Below are positions 63,156 to 64,000 of a DNA stretch of 64,000 nucleotides, piece by piece. Origin of the DNA: Octopus vulgaris (taxonomy: Eukaryota); NCBI GenBank assembly GCA_951406725.2, contig OX597818.1, forward strand, positions 93,372,001 to 93,436,000. The letters run 5' to 3'. How positions within the stretch are numbered: position 1 is the stretch's first letter; each line of letters starts with the position of its first letter. The position numbers and the translations under genes were made by a program. Under the pieces are notes generated by a model. That model saw only the letters and a list, made by a program, of their open reading frames with translations, was not told where the DNA came from and ran no database searches.

Positions 63156-64000
63156 TATGATCAAAAAAAATTCCAGCAGTGACTGTTCTGTCTTTTGTCG
63201 GAGCATATAAGATAAATTTAAAAAGTATCTGGTCTTTGGGCATAAAAAGACAGTTTTGTACATTTTGCAAATTTTATTTTATCATTTTCAAAATATTCCC
63301 CTTGGGAGTTCCCACACTTTTCACAGCAGTTGTCACTACTGATGAACTACCATCTAGATTGATATGGAGCTCCACCGTCACTTAATTTTCTCTTGCAACT
63401 CAAACTGCTTGTCTTACAGTTTGGGGAAGAGCCAGAAGTCACATGGTGTCAAGTTGGGAGAGTAGGGAGCCTGTCGAACAGGTGGCGTGTTGTTTTTGAC
63501 CAGGAAAGCTTGGATTATAAGGTGTGTTCAAAAAGTGTTCAACTTCATTTTCATGCCAACACTCTCCACATGCACAAATCCTGTTGCAATGGAATGCACT
63601 GATCCTGTGCTTATTCCCACTCTGTGAATAGTTTCCTGGATTGTTGCATGACAGTTTTTTATGACTGTTTGCTGAACCATCTCAATCGGCACCTCGTTTC
63701 AGCTTGTGGATGACCTGCCCCAGATATGCCTTGCTCTCTACTGAAGTGTAGCCATGTTTGAAGCAGTTGTACCACTCCTTGATCTGAGTTTTGCCCATGG
63801 TATCATTGCCATCAAAGGCCTGCTGAGTCTTCTGGATGGTTTAAGCTTGAGTATCACTAAGCTTTTGGCAAAACTTGATGCCATATCTCTGCTTGATGCC
63901 CTTCAATCATCTTGCGTGAAAACGAAAATCTAACGAGCATGCACTACACATCTGTACGCTAGGCATAACAGCCAGGAACTGACGTGACCTACCTGTATGA
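63156..64000 (-). mobile_element. Internally deleted mariner transposon running off the window
   Basis: Minus strand gives PYSPNLTPCDFWLFPKL (about 63420-63470) and an N-terminal QRYGIKFCQKLSDTQ...MGKTQIKEWYNCFKHG (63750-63895). Confidence 0.85.

Noticed and set aside
1236-63602. Most ORFs in the supplied six-frame track
   Set aside because: They are short and low-complexity or fall inside SINEs, LINE tails and microsatellites (e.g. THTHTH, YIYIYI, FLQLDALPNANH). Only those overlapping the FAM107 exons or transposase/RT relics are meaningful.
60306-64000. Final FAM107 coding exon (expected PEF-type motif)
   Set aside because: No convincing phase-0 acceptor with a matching open frame was seen. 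For example, catgcag|ATACTG at about 61681 stops after 7 codons. It probably lies downstream of the window.

Overview
AT-rich, CpG-depleted, microsatellite-rich eukaryotic DNA. The tRNA-derived SINE families and the RTE LINE tail look like those of an octopus (coleoid cephalopod); this rests on recognising the repeats, not on a database search. One protein-coding gene is supported on the + strand: a FAM107-family (DUF1151) gene. Two exons are strongly supported (58951-59113, 60152-60305). Three upstream exons splice in frame to them (3449-3505, 17042-17080, 56882-56942), so most of the window is probably intron. The last coding exon was not found and probably lies beyond the window. The rest is a dense set of transposable elements: several SINE families, 5'-truncated RTE LINEs, a CR1/L2-type LINE fragment, mariner derivatives, a fossil hAT transposase, two Helitrons and TTAA-targeting piggyBac-like MITEs. 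The most unusual object is a TSD-flanked element at 12129-12517 that joins a tRNA-like Pol III head to a minimal hammerhead ribozyme and carries an inverted duplication. Two more decayed hammerhead-like elements occur elsewhere. Almost all ORFs in the supplied track are repeat-derived or spurious. Repeat boundaries are approximate unless a TSD or TIR is quoted.
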